Shown here piece after piece: positions 28,859 to 38,440 of a DNA stretch of 64,000 nucleotides (its first letter is position 1; every line of letters starts with the position of its first letter). The DNA comes from Alphaproteobacteria bacterium. GTDB taxonomy: Bacteria > Pseudomonadota > Alphaproteobacteria > UBA6615. The notes beneath the pieces are model-generated. The model saw nothing but the letters and a program-made list of their open reading frames with translations, did no database searches and was not told the origin of the DNA. The translations under genes were made by a program, and so were the position numbers. The stretch spans positions 410,648-474,647 of the forward strand of contig JBMYRB010000002.1 of the NCBI GenBank assembly GCA_049601915.1, written 5' to 3'.

Positions 28859-29761
28859 TTGGTCGTTGGGGCGTATACTCAAGGGGGCTTAGCCATGTCG
28901 TGCCAGGTGGATGATATTCGCAAAAAGTCCGAGATCACGGCAGCGCTCAACTATCTGGTGGACACAAGCGAGACGCCCGTCTTTCGGCAGACCACCGCAG
29001 CCAAAGACCTTGTAAGCCTGGGCGGCGCGCGCAAATCAAGGACGGTCACCGTTCAAAACGCGCGGCCGATGGCTGAGGGTCTGTCCCTGGATGTCGAAGG
29101 GTTTGCCTTCGCAGAGCAGGTAAGCCGTGTGGCCGATTTCAACGACGATTCACAGCTCGCATCCGTCTACACACCGGAAATCGAAAGGCTGGTGACCACG
29201 GTCGCCGGGGCGAGGGAGGCAGTGGTGTTTGATCACACCCGGCGTTCGACCCGGGCCTCCCATCGGGAGAAGTACGGGTCGCGCGATCCCGTGCCCGCAC
29301 CCCATAGTGACTACGACGATGTCTCGGCCCGGCAACGCATGCATGACAAGTTCGGCGATGGGGCCAACGAACGTTTACGCGGTCGCTTCGCGATCGTGAA
29401 TGTCTGGCGCTCGATGTCCGGGACGATCGAACAGTGGCCGCTGACCGTGTGCGATTCACGCACCATCGATGAAGAATTTCTGATCTCGACCCGTCGTGAG
29501 GCACCGATCCACCCGGAGCCGTCCTTCGAATATGCGCGCCCCAGTGCGACGCGCCACGCCGCCTACGATGCCAACCATCGCTGGTACTATTTCCCGCTGA
29601 TGGCACAGAACGAGGTTCTTCTGTTCAAGAATTACGACACCCTCACCGATGGCACGGCGCGGTATTCATTGCACTCGGCGTTTGAGGACCCCGACACGCC
29701 GGCGAACCCGGCGCCCCGCGAGACGATCGAAACACGCGCCTTCGTGTTCTACGACGATTAA
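28859..29761 (+). CDS. CmcJ/NvfI-like oxidoreductase family protein (putative)
   Basis: 300 aa. LNYL near the N-terminus and VVFDHTRRS resemble the bacterial CmcJ/NvfI family as I remember it. The assignment is by recollection of family motifs only. The start may be the internal MSCQVDD. Confidence 0.45.
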   Translation: MVVGAYTQGGLAMSCQVDDIRKKSEITAALNYLVDTSETPVFRQTTAAKDLVSLGGARKSRTVTVQNARPMAEGLSLDVEGFAFAEQVSRVADFNDDSQLASVYTPEIERLVTTVAGAREAVVFDHTRRSTRASHREKYGSRDPVPAPHSDYDDVSARQRMHDKFGDGANERLRGRFAIVNVWRSMSGTIEQWPLTVCDSRTIDEEFLISTRREAPIHPEPSFEYARPSATRHAAYDANHRWYYFPLMAQNEVLLFKNYDTLTDGTARYSLHSAFEDPDTPANPAPRETIETRAFVFYDD

Positions 29762-29783
29762 CGCTCGATACAGGAGAAGTGAT

Positions 29784-30554
29784 GTGTCCGATCCCGTCGT
29801 GACCGTCGAGGAGGCCGGCAGCGACACGCTGGTTGTGCGACTCAACAGCCCGCACAAGCGCAATGCGTTGTCGTCGGAGTTGAAACGGGAACTCGCGGTG
29901 ACGGCGCGAACACTCGCCGAGCGAACCGAAATCGGTGCCGTCATCCTGACCGGTGCCGGCGGCGCCTTCTGTGCGGGCAACGACCTTTCCGAACCTGATT
30001 CCTTTGCACAAGACCTGCCTCTTGCAGAGGCCCGGCGCCATATTCGTCTGGGCCTGGAGATGTGCCGGGCCTGGGAGGCGCTACCCCAGCTGACGATCGC
30101 AGCGGTGGACCGGTTCGCGATCGGCGGCGGGATGTCACTCGCCCTGTCATGTGATTTCCGTATTTTCCACACGGACTCGTGGTTGCGCGCGCCGGAGGTG
30201 GAGCTTGGCATCACGTATTCCTGGGGCACCCTGCCGCGGCTGGCGCGCCTCGTCGGGCCGGCGCGTGCGAAGCTGATTGCCGGAATGTGCCGCCGGGTCG
30301 ACGCGCCGACGGCGCTGGACTGGGGCTTGTGCGAAGAGGTCAGCGACGACACGTTGGCGGCCGCGTTGGTGATGGCTGGCGAGATCACGGCCAAGCCGCG
30401 GGTGGCCCAGCAGATGGTCAAGGAATCCGTAAACCGGCTGTTCGCCGGTCCCGACACGGCGAGCCTGGAGCAGGACCAGGTGCTGCTAAATATGACCGAT
30501 CCCGACGCCCATGCCCGACAGGCCGAGATTTTGGAACGTTTGCGTGGTGATTGA
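29784..30554 (+). CDS. Enoyl-CoA hydratase/isomerase family protein
   Basis: Crotonase-fold motifs (VILTGAGGAFCAGNDL, AAVDRFAIGGGMSLALSCDFRI). The GTG start at 29784 is preceded by AGGAGA. Confidence 0.8.
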   Translation: MSDPVVTVEEAGSDTLVVRLNSPHKRNALSSELKRELAVTARTLAERTEIGAVILTGAGGAFCAGNDLSEPDSFAQDLPLAEARRHIRLGLEMCRAWEALPQLTIAAVDRFAIGGGMSLALSCDFRIFHTDSWLRAPEVELGITYSWGTLPRLARLVGPARAKLIAGMCRRVDAPTALDWGLCEEVSDDTLAAALVMAGEITAKPRVAQQMVKESVNRLFAGPDTASLEQDQVLLNMTDPDAHARQAEILERLRGD

Positions 30555-30591
30555 AGCCGTTGCCCGGCCGGGCCGCGTGCGGGCTTGGGTC

Positions 30592-31569
30592 ATGCAGAAC
30601 AGCTTTCGCATTGTCCTGATGCTACTCGCGGGGTTCGTGCTGGCGGCGTTTACGCTGACGTCGGCCCCGGCTCAGGAGAACACGCCGCGCTACGTCATCT
30701 ACTACAACTCGAACGCAAGCCCACCTGAGGCGCTGATCGGGACTCCCTGCACCCATGTGATTCTGTCGTTTATTAATGTCGCCCCCGATGCGCCGGGCGA
30801 AGGTCCCGTGTCACTGGTTGTGCCGAGCAAGATCGAGCCTGCGCTCGCTATGATCGGGCGCTTGCAGGCGGAAGGCAAGCGCGTGCTGATCTTGTTTGGT
30901 GGTGGAGCCATGCAACTCGACGGCTATTCGGGGCTCGTCGGCCGCGAAGAATCGCTCGCCGATGCGATCACGGACTTTGTCTCCCGACACGGTTTCGACG
31001 GTGTCGATATCGATTTTGAAGTAAGTGCGGCGCTCGAGAGCCCGCCGCGGCCCGGGGCACTCGACGAGTGGCGTTTTGTCATCGCCCTGACGGCGGGCTT
31101 GCGAAAGCGACTGCTTGCGGGAGCGCTCATCAGCCATGCACCGCAGGCGCCGTATCTGGATCCGGCCTAGCATGGCGGACCTTATATCGACGTGTTGTGC
31201 GCCGTCGGCGGCGAGATCGACTGGATCATGGTGCAGTACTACAACAACCCGGACTATCAGGCCCCGGTGAACCAGCGGATCGCGGGCCGGTCGCCGCAGC
31301 CGTTTGCCACGTCCTATGTCGGCATTGTGGGTTTATCCTGGCCCTCCGAGAAGACCCTCTTCGGTCTGCCCGTCTATCGCGATGACGTTTCCAGCGGGCG
31401 CCTGCAGCCCGACAGGGTAATCTCCGCAGTCGTCTGCCCGTTGCGCGAACGTTATGGCCAAAGTTTCGGCGGGCTGACCGGCTGGCAGTTCTCGACCCTG
31501 ACGGCGGATCACCGTTTCTGGAATAATCAGATGGCGGGGGCTGTAATCGGTTCGGACTGTCTCCGATAA
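30592..31569 (+). pseudogene. Secreted GH18 glycoside hydrolase (class III chitinase/hevamine-like) interrupted by an in-frame TAG at 31168-31170
   Basis: Signal peptide, LILFGGGA, the catalytic DGVDIDFE (DxxDxDxE) motif and APQAPYLDPA, then TAG. The same frame continues as HGGPYIDVL...WIMVQYYNNPDYQ (hevamine-like VQFYNN motif) to 31569. The track splits it into 30511..31170 and 31192..31569, which share one frame. Confidence 0.65.
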
Positions 31570-31680
31570 ATTCGGGATAAGTCCGGACAACATCTGCTTC
31601 CCTCGGTCTCACAAATCCGTTACACAAAAAGAAAAAAATTATCCGTTTCGTAACTGACGTGAACAAGGGAGAGAAATTCG

Positions 31681-32796
31681 ATGAATTTCCAACGCAAATC
31701 CATGTGGGCGGGTGCCGTTTCGGCGATCGCTCTTCTGGCGGCCAGTTCGGTCGCGCAGGCTGACGGCCACCTCAACGCCACCGAGAAGGCGTTGATCGCC
31801 GGTGCGAAGGCCGAGGGTGCTGTCACCATCATCAATCCGCTGTTCAGCGACCGCACAGCACAGCGCATGGGCGCGGCGTTCAAGAAACGCTACGGCCTTG
31901 GCGATGATTTCAAGTTCGCGAGCCTGCGTAAGGGCACGGGCGCCACGGTGGCCCAGGTCCGTCAGGAGATCCAGGCGGGTAAGTTCACTGTAGACATGAT
32001 CCTGGTGTCCGCGCCGGGCTTCTTCGACCAGGCCGCCAAGCGCGGCGCGTTCGCCGAGCTCGATTCCGGCTACTGGAGCGACTTCTCCAAGACCATGGAG
32101 TCCGCGGGCCAGTATTCGAACTATCCGCTTGTGGTCACACCCCTGGCCTACACCTTCCAGCCGGTCTGGAACGCATCCTGCCCGGGCATGGAGAACTTCA
32201 ACGTCACCTCCTACAAGGACGCCATCAAGGCGAGCCTGAAGGGCAAGACGATCTCGTCGGACATCACCAAGTCTTTCACCTATTCCAACACCGTTGTGGC
32301 GCTGGGACAGGCAGGCGCGGTCGATTTCGACCAGTTCTGGCCGGATCTTAAGAAGACCGATCCGATCGTCGAGTTCCGGACGGAGCCGAAGATGCAGATG
32401 GTCATTTCGTGCCAGCGTCCGTTCGATATGTGGAACCTTTCGGGCCGCGTCTATCAGAACGTGCTGAAGGCACCGGACCTGAAGAGCAAGATCAAGATTG
32501 GTTCCTTTTCGGAAGGCCAGGTTCTTCTGGGCAACCAGATGGCCGTGCTGAAGGGCGCACCGAACCCGAACGCCGGCAAGCTGCTGGCCGAGTTCCTGCT
32601 CTCGAAGGAAGGCTCCGACATCTTCGTCGAGGGTGAGGCGATCTACTCGCTGCGGGACGGCTACACGCCGCCGGCTGCGACCGCACCGTACCTCCTTGAT
32701 CTGAGCAAGGCCAAGCTGATCGGTATGAAAGACTGGGTCGGCGCACAGGGCGAATTCAAGTCGGTTCGCGGCCTGTGGCAGAAGAACTTCCGCTAG
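31681..32796 (+). CDS. ABC transporter periplasmic substrate-binding protein (family 1, Fe3+/polyamine-type)
   Basis: 371 aa with a signal peptide (MNFQRKSMWAGAVSAIALLAASSVAQA). The fold pattern matches PotD/FbpA-like binding proteins. It is the first gene of a four-gene transporter operon. Confidence 0.8.
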   Translation: MNFQRKSMWAGAVSAIALLAASSVAQADGHLNATEKALIAGAKAEGAVTIINPLFSDRTAQRMGAAFKKRYGLGDDFKFASLRKGTGATVAQVRQEIQAGKFTVDMILVSAPGFFDQAAKRGAFAELDSGYWSDFSKTMESAGQYSNYPLVVTPLAYTFQPVWNASCPGMENFNVTSYKDAIKASLKGKTISSDITKSFTYSNTVVALGQAGAVDFDQFWPDLKKTDPIVEFRTEPKMQMVISCQRPFDMWNLSGRVYQNVLKAPDLKSKIKIGSFSEGQVLLGNQMAVLKGAPNPNAGKLLAEFLLSKEGSDIFVEGEAIYSLRDGYTPPAATAPYLLDLSKAKLIGMKDWVGAQGEFKSVRGLWQKNFR

Positions 32797-32936
32797 GCCG
32801 AACGGCCTGACGGGATCGCGGGGTTCGGATCAAAACCGAACCCCGCGATCACTCTTCCTGCAAAGTGCAGCTTTGATTCAGTCACGCGCCGATTTCGTCG
32901 CCTGACCTCTTCACGAATTGATCCGGTGGATTTGCC

Positions 32937-34688
32937 ATGACCACGGAAGCTCTCTCGCCAACCCGCGAGCGTTCTCGACTCAACAACCGCCTGCGCGCCA
33001 TGGTGACGCAGGAGAACATCATCACCTTCGTTGTGGCGATTATCGTCGCCGGCGCCGTGATCGTGCCCCTGGCGGTGTTGTTCGTCTCCAGCTTCAAGGT
33101 TCTCGACCCGCTGGGTTGGGATACGACTTGGGGCTTCGGCAACTATGTCGAGATGTTCACCGATCGGATCATCCCCAAGGCGTTCGTCAACACGCTGATC
33201 ATTTCCTCGGGTTCGACCGTGCTGGCCACCTTTCTGGGTGTGTCTCTGGCCTGGATCAATGCCCGAACAAACTGCCCGGGCCGGGACTATCTCGAGCCTT
33301 ATAATCTCATCCCGTTCTTCCTTTCGCCCTTCATTGGCGCGATCGCCTGGCACAATCTGGGCGAGCCGCAGACCGGCTTGCTCAACAACTGGGTGCGGGA
33401 AATCTTCGGTGTCGATTGGGCGCTGATGAATATCGATAACATCTGGGGCGTTGTCTGGGTTACAGGCATCTTCTTCGCGCCGCTTGTGTATCTCTTTGTG
33501 GTCGGCTCGCTGCGGCGCATGGATCCCTCATTGGAAGACAGCGCACGGACGACCGGTGCTGGCCTCGTTCGTACGACCATGACTGTTACCTTGCCGCTGG
33601 TTATGCCGGGCATTCTGTCGGGCGCGATCATCGTTTTCGTGACCAGCGCCGGCGAGTTCGGGGTGCCGTTCAAGCTTTCCGCGCCCTATGGCTGGGAAAC
33701 CCTGACCACCCAGATCTTCTCGAAGGCGGTCGGCGATGACGCCAACCACTTCCTCGGTGCCGCCATGAGCATGGCGTTGGGCATCATCACCGTGTTCCTG
33801 ATCTGGATTCAGCAGCGCTATATCGCGCCGCGCTCGTTCACGACCGTGACTGGCAAGGGCTTCCGCCCGAACGTACTGGACCTCGGTCCCTGGAAGTGGG
33901 TGGCCTTCGCCTACAACCTGATGTTCATCGCTGTTGCGGTGGTTCTGCCGATAGTCTGCCTGATAATTGTCAGCTTGCACCCGGTGTGGACCGGCAAGAT
34001 CGTCTGGGCCGATATCACGACCATCAACTATGTGAAGACGCTCTTCTGGTGGCGTCCCGACGCGATCGCGGCGGCGACCAACGGCATCATCAATTCGCTA
34101 ATTCTCGCCTTCGGTGGTGCATCGATCGCCATGGTGATGGCGCTGGTCATCTCCTACATGATCCACCGCACCAAGGGATTTGGCGTGCGCATGCTCGATT
34201 TCCTGTCGGTGGTGCCGATCGGTTTCCCGGGCATCGTGTTGGCGATGGGCGTGCTGGTGACCTACATCCAGACGCCGATCTACGCGACCTTGTGGATCCT
34301 GATGCTGGCCTACATCACCCGCTTCTTCCCCTACGGGCAGCGAAACATCTCGTCGATCATGCTGGCGATCTCCGAAGAGCTCGATCAGTCATCGCGGATG
34401 GCCGGTGCGTCCTGGTTTACCACCCTGCGGCGGATCACGATCCCGCTGCTTAAACCGGGGCTGTTCGCGGGCTGGATATTGTTGTTCATCATCTTCCTGC
34501 GTGAGCTGTCGATCTCGATCATCCTGTTCACGACCGGGACGGAGACCCTTTCGGTCGGTGTTTATTACCTGACCAACTTCGAGAACGAGCCGCTGACGGC
34601 GGCCCTGTCGATGGCCCAGACGGTGCTGTTGCTGATAGCCATCTATGCCTTCCGCCGGTTCGCCGGTCGCGAAGCGCTGACGGCGTAG
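32937..34688 (+). CDS. ABC transporter permease, fused two-domain (FbpB/ThiP-like, about 12 TM)
   Basis: 583 aa with two repeats, each carrying an EAA-like loop (SARTTGAGLVRTTMTVTLP, SSRMAGASWFTTLRRITIP). Confidence 0.85.
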   Translation: MTTEALSPTRERSRLNNRLRAMVTQENIITFVVAIIVAGAVIVPLAVLFVSSFKVLDPLGWDTTWGFGNYVEMFTDRIIPKAFVNTLIISSGSTVLATFLGVSLAWINARTNCPGRDYLEPYNLIPFFLSPFIGAIAWHNLGEPQTGLLNNWVREIFGVDWALMNIDNIWGVVWVTGIFFAPLVYLFVVGSLRRMDPSLEDSARTTGAGLVRTTMTVTLPLVMPGILSGAIIVFVTSAGEFGVPFKLSAPYGWETLTTQIFSKAVGDDANHFLGAAMSMALGIITVFLIWIQQRYIAPRSFTTVTGKGFRPNVLDLGPWKWVAFAYNLMFIAVAVVLPIVCLIIVSLHPVWTGKIVWADITTINYVKTLFWWRPDAIAAATNGIINSLILAFGGASIAMVMALVISYMIHRTKGFGVRMLDFLSVVPIGFPGIVLAMGVLVTYIQTPIYATLWILMLAYITRFFPYGQRNISSIMLAISEELDQSSRMAGASWFTTLRRITIPLLKPGLFAGWILLFIIFLRELSISIILFTTGTETLSVGVYYLTNFENEPLTAALSMAQTVLLLIAIYAFRRFAGREALTA

Positions 34689-34704
34689 GCGGGAGGAACA
34701 AGAC

Positions 34705-35808
34705 ATGACCAGCGAAAACGCCGACGCCTATCTGGAAGTCGACAACCTCGTAAAATACTTCGGTGATGATAAGGCCGTGGACGGAATCTCCTTCGGTATT
34801 CCGGAGGGTTCGTTCCTGACCCTGCTCGGCCCGTCGGGCTGCGGCAAGACCACGACCCTGATGAGCATCGCCGGGCTGCATTCCATTGACGGTGGGCGCA
34901 TCCGGGTGGGTGAGACGGTTTTTACGTCGCCCAAGGAAGGCCTGTTCCTGCCGCCGGAGAAGCGTGATATCGGCATGGTGTTTCAGAGCTATGCGATCTG
35001 GCCGCATATGACGGTGGCACAGAATGTCGCCTATCCCCTCGAAATCCGCGAGTGGCAACGCTCGGATATCGACGACCGGGTGGCCGAGGTGCTCAAACTT
35101 GTCGGGCTGACAGATTGGGCCGACAGCCTCGCGACCAATCTTTCGGGTGGCCAGCAGCAGCGCGCGTCTCTGGCCCGCGCGATCGTGTCGAACCCGAGCC
35201 TGCTCCTGTTCGATGAGCCCCTGTCGAACCTTGATCTCAAGCTGCGCGAGCATATGCGCGTCGAGCTCAAGCGCATTCAGAACGAAGTGGGCATTACCTC
35301 GATCTATGTGACCCATGACCAGTCCGAAGCACTGGTCATGAGTGACGAAATCATCGTCATGAGCAAGGGCAAGATCGAACAGCGCGGCGGCCCGGTCGAG
35401 ATCTATTCACGCCCCGTCAACGAGTATGTCAGTAACTTCATCGGCGTTGCCAACCTGATGCAGGGCAAGGTCGTTGAAGTGAATGAACCCGGGATCGGCA
35501 AGGTTGAGGTCTCTCAAGACGGCCAGGCCGTGCAGTTGCCCTGCCGTCTCGGCCCCGGGATCGAGGCCGGCCAGGACGCCGTCCTGTCGGTCCGGCCCGA
35601 GAACGTCCATGCCGAACGCGAGGGCGGCGAGGGCACGCTGACGGGTGAGTGTACCCATGCCATTTTCCTCGGCAGCTATGTAGATTGCCGGGTGAAATGG
35701 GGCGAGTTCGAATGGAAAGTCATCACCCATCCCCGTAACCATCCGCGTACCGGCGAGAAAGTGCATTTGCGCTTCGATGCCGAACACACTCTGGCGGTGC
35801 AGCCATGA
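34705..35808 (+). CDS. ABC transporter ATP-binding protein (PotA/FbpC-like, with C-terminal TOBE domain)
   Basis: Walker A GPSGCGKTT, signature LSGGQQQR, Walker B LLLFDEPLSNLD. Confidence 0.9.
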   Translation: MTSENADAYLEVDNLVKYFGDDKAVDGISFGIPEGSFLTLLGPSGCGKTTTLMSIAGLHSIDGGRIRVGETVFTSPKEGLFLPPEKRDIGMVFQSYAIWPHMTVAQNVAYPLEIREWQRSDIDDRVAEVLKLVGLTDWADSLATNLSGGQQQRASLARAIVSNPSLLLFDEPLSNLDLKLREHMRVELKRIQNEVGITSIYVTHDQSEALVMSDEIIVMSKGKIEQRGGPVEIYSRPVNEYVSNFIGVANLMQGKVVEVNEPGIGKVEVSQDGQAVQLPCRLGPGIEAGQDAVLSVRPENVHAEREGGEGTLTGECTHAIFLGSYVDCRVKWGEFEWKVITHPRNHPRTGEKVHLRFDAEHTLAVQP

Positions 35809-36923
35809 CCACGAATACCGACATCAAAGTCTCGATCGAGCATCTCTACAAGAGTTACGGTCCGGAAACGGCCGTTAAGGACTTCAACCTGGACATCACC
35901 CAGGGCGAATTCGTGACGTTGCTCGGCCCGTCGGGTTGCGGCAAGACCACGACCCTGCGCTGTGTCGCCGGCCTGGAGCGGCCGGAAGAGGGCGAGATCC
36001 GGATCGGCAACGAGACCGTCGTGGCGCCGGCCAAGGACATCTACCTGTTCCCGGAGCACCGCAATATCGGCATGGTCTTCCAGAGCTATGCCGTGTGGCC
36101 GCACATGACCGTGTTCGACAATGTCGCCTACGGGCTGCGTGTGCGCCGCGCCTCGGGTTCGGAAATCAAGGCCCGGACCATGAAGGCGCTGGAACTTGTC
36201 GGCCTCGATCATCTGGCCGATCGCTTCGCCACCAAGCTGTCGGGTGGCCAGCGCCAGCGCGTGGCGCTCGCCCGTGCGATCGTCTACGAACCGGAAGTCA
36301 TCCTGTTCGACGAACCTCTGTCGAACCTCGACGCTAAACTGCGTGAGCAGATGCGCGACGAGATCGTGCGCCTGCAGAAAGAAGTCGGGATCACCTCGAT
36401 CTTCGTGACCCATGACCAGTCCGAAGCGCTGGTGATGAGCGACCGCGTTGTGGTGATGGATAAGGCCGTGATCCAGCAGATCGGCGATCCAGAGGATATC
36501 TATGCCAACCCGGTGAATTCCTTTGTCGCCAACTTCATTGGTGTGACCAGCCTGCTCGAGGGCAAGTTGACCGGGCGCAGCGGCGATGCGTGCGAGGTTG
36601 AGGTGCCGTCTTCGAATGGTGGTGCGCCCCTGAAACTGCGCGGTGCAGGTGCAACTGGCGCGAATACCGGCGACCAAGTGTTCCTCAACCTGCGTCCCGA
36701 GGATGTCCAGCTGCATCTCGAAGCTCCCGATGCGTCAGATGGGAAGAACGTCATCGAGGGCCAGGTCATCGATACCATCTATCTTGGCAGCTTCCTCGAA
36801 GGCCGGGTCCGCGCGAGTGGTCACGAGATCGGCATCCAGATCGACCACTATGAAAACCTGACCCCGGACCAGACGGTTTGGCTCACATTCCAGCCCGAAC
36901 ATGGTCTCTGCCTGACCGAATAG
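35805..36923 (+). CDS. ABC transporter ATP-binding protein (second ATPase, paralogous to the upstream one)
   Basis: Walker A GPSGCGKTT, signature LSGGQRQR, Walker B ILFDEPLSNLD. Overlaps the upstream ATPase by 4 nt. Confidence 0.9.
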   Translation: MTTNTDIKVSIEHLYKSYGPETAVKDFNLDITQGEFVTLLGPSGCGKTTTLRCVAGLERPEEGEIRIGNETVVAPAKDIYLFPEHRNIGMVFQSYAVWPHMTVFDNVAYGLRVRRASGSEIKARTMKALELVGLDHLADRFATKLSGGQRQRVALARAIVYEPEVILFDEPLSNLDAKLREQMRDEIVRLQKEVGITSIFVTHDQSEALVMSDRVVVMDKAVIQQIGDPEDIYANPVNSFVANFIGVTSLLEGKLTGRSGDACEVEVPSSNGGAPLKLRGAGATGANTGDQVFLNLRPEDVQLHLEAPDASDGKNVIEGQVIDTIYLGSFLEGRVRASGHEIGIQIDHYENLTPDQTVWLTFQPEHGLCLTE

Positions 36924-36934
36924 GGGTATTTACA

Positions 36935-37873
36935 ATGGGTCTGCGATTTCTCGTCCTGGGCGCCGGCGGGGTCGGCGGCTATTTCGGCGGGCGCCTGACC
37001 GAGGGTGGCGTCGACACGACCTTTCTGGTGCGCGCGCCACGCCGCGACCGACTGCTTGCCGGCGGTATCAAGATTCATTCCGATTTCTCTGACGACGCCG
37101 ACGTGCTGACAGTCAAGGCGATCACGGCGGAGGCGATTGACGGCCCCTTCGATGTCGTCCTGGTGACCTGCAAGGCCTACCAGCTCGACGATGCGATGGA
37201 GACGATCGCACCGGCGGTTGGTCCCGACACGGCCATTTTGCCGGTTCTGAACGGCATGAAGCAGATCGATTTGCTCGGCGCGCGCTTCGGTGCCGATCGG
37301 GTACTCGGCGGGACGACCTATATCGGCGCGCGTCTCGACGCGGAAACCGGTGATATCGTCCATTTCGGTGATTTTCATCGCATCGCTTTTGGTGAAATAG
37401 CCGGCGGCACGTCGACCCGGGTCGAGGCCATCGCGGCGCTTAATGATGCGGTCAAATTCGACTTCGATATGTCCGAAGATATCTCCCAGGTGCTGTGGGA
37501 CAAGTTCGCCATGCTGTGTGCCATGTCCTCGGTCAACACCCTGACCCGGGGGACCGTGGGCGAAATTCTCGACACCCCGTCGGGCCATGAGTTCCTCACG
37601 GCCGCGCTTTCCGAATGCCGCGATACTGCCGACGCGCTGGGGCACACGGTGAGCGACAAGACCATCGCGCTTTACGAGAAGATGTTTTCGACCCAGGGGT
37701 CGAAGTTCGCTTCCTCGATGCTGCGCGATGTGCTGGCGGGCAACCGCACCGAGGGCGGTCACATTATTGGCGATATGGTTGACCGGGCCCAAGCGGCCGG
37801 GCTGCACACGCCGATCATTCTCGCCGCGCGTGCAGGGCTCGCGGTCCATGAGAAGAAAGTCGCCGCCGACTAG
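36935..37873 (+). CDS. 2-dehydropantoate 2-reductase (PanE/ApbA family)
   Basis: N-terminal Rossmann LVLGAGGVGGYFGGRL and the ketopantoate-reductase C-terminal domain. Start moved to the ATG at 36935. Confidence 0.75.
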   Translation: MGLRFLVLGAGGVGGYFGGRLTEGGVDTTFLVRAPRRDRLLAGGIKIHSDFSDDADVLTVKAITAEAIDGPFDVVLVTCKAYQLDDAMETIAPAVGPDTAILPVLNGMKQIDLLGARFGADRVLGGTTYIGARLDAETGDIVHFGDFHRIAFGEIAGGTSTRVEAIAALNDAVKFDFDMSEDISQVLWDKFAMLCAMSSVNTLTRGTVGEILDTPSGHEFLTAALSECRDTADALGHTVSDKTIALYEKMFSTQGSKFASSMLRDVLAGNRTEGGHIIGDMVDRAQAAGLHTPIILAARAGLAVHEKKVAAD

Positions 37874-37900
37874 ACACCGCCCGGAATTCAGGAGACGCCG

Positions 37901-38440
37901 ATGTATATCAACAATCTCTCAGTCACAGAAATGGAAGCCTTCGTGGCCCGCTTTTCCGATCTGACGGGCTCCGATGAAGCCTTTGTCGACAGCCGCCTTC
38001 CGGGCCACAAACGCTTCAAGATCAATCTCGTCGGCATGGGTGTGGTCGAGGCGACCGACAAGCCCGAACTCCGCCCGAACATCCCGTTGCCGGCCAAGGG
38101 CTTCAATCTCGGCATGATCCAGGCCGAGACCGGCAACGGTGCGGCACTACATTCCCACGAGACCGAAGAGGTTTTCATGCCCCTGATCGGGCCGTGGGAA
38201 GTGTATTGGGCGACGGAAGAGGGTGACCGGTCGATCACGTTGCAGCCCTTCGATTCGATCAGCGTGCCCATGGGCGTCTATCGCGGTTTTCGCCATGTGG
38301 GCGAGGGCACGGGTACGCTGCTGACGATCATCGGCGGCCCGGACGCCGGGCGGGTCGAGTGGCATCCCACCATCATAGATGCCGCGTCGGAAACGGGCTT
38401 GGCCCGCGACGAAGCTGGCGGTTTGAAGGTCACGGCATGA
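37901..38440 (+). CDS. Cupin domain-containing protein
   Basis: 179 aa with a cupin core (GAALHSHETEEVFMPLIG...GVYRGFRHVGEGTGTLLTII). Confidence 0.6.
   Translation: MYINNLSVTEMEAFVARFSDLTGSDEAFVDSRLPGHKRFKINLVGMGVVEATDKPELRPNIPLPAKGFNLGMIQAETGNGAALHSHETEEVFMPLIGPWEVYWATEEGDRSITLQPFDSISVPMGVYRGFRHVGEGTGTLLTIIGGPDAGRVEWHPTIIDAASETGLARDEAGGLKVTA

Noticed and set aside
24768-31170. Possibility that TAG is a reassigned sense codon (pyrrolysine or suppressor) explaining the two in-frame ambers
   Set aside because: TAG terminates ubiG (895-897), the DUF1178 gene (867-869) and lysC (3069-3071) in the same window. No pyl genes are visible. Nonsense mutation or base-call error is more parsimonious.
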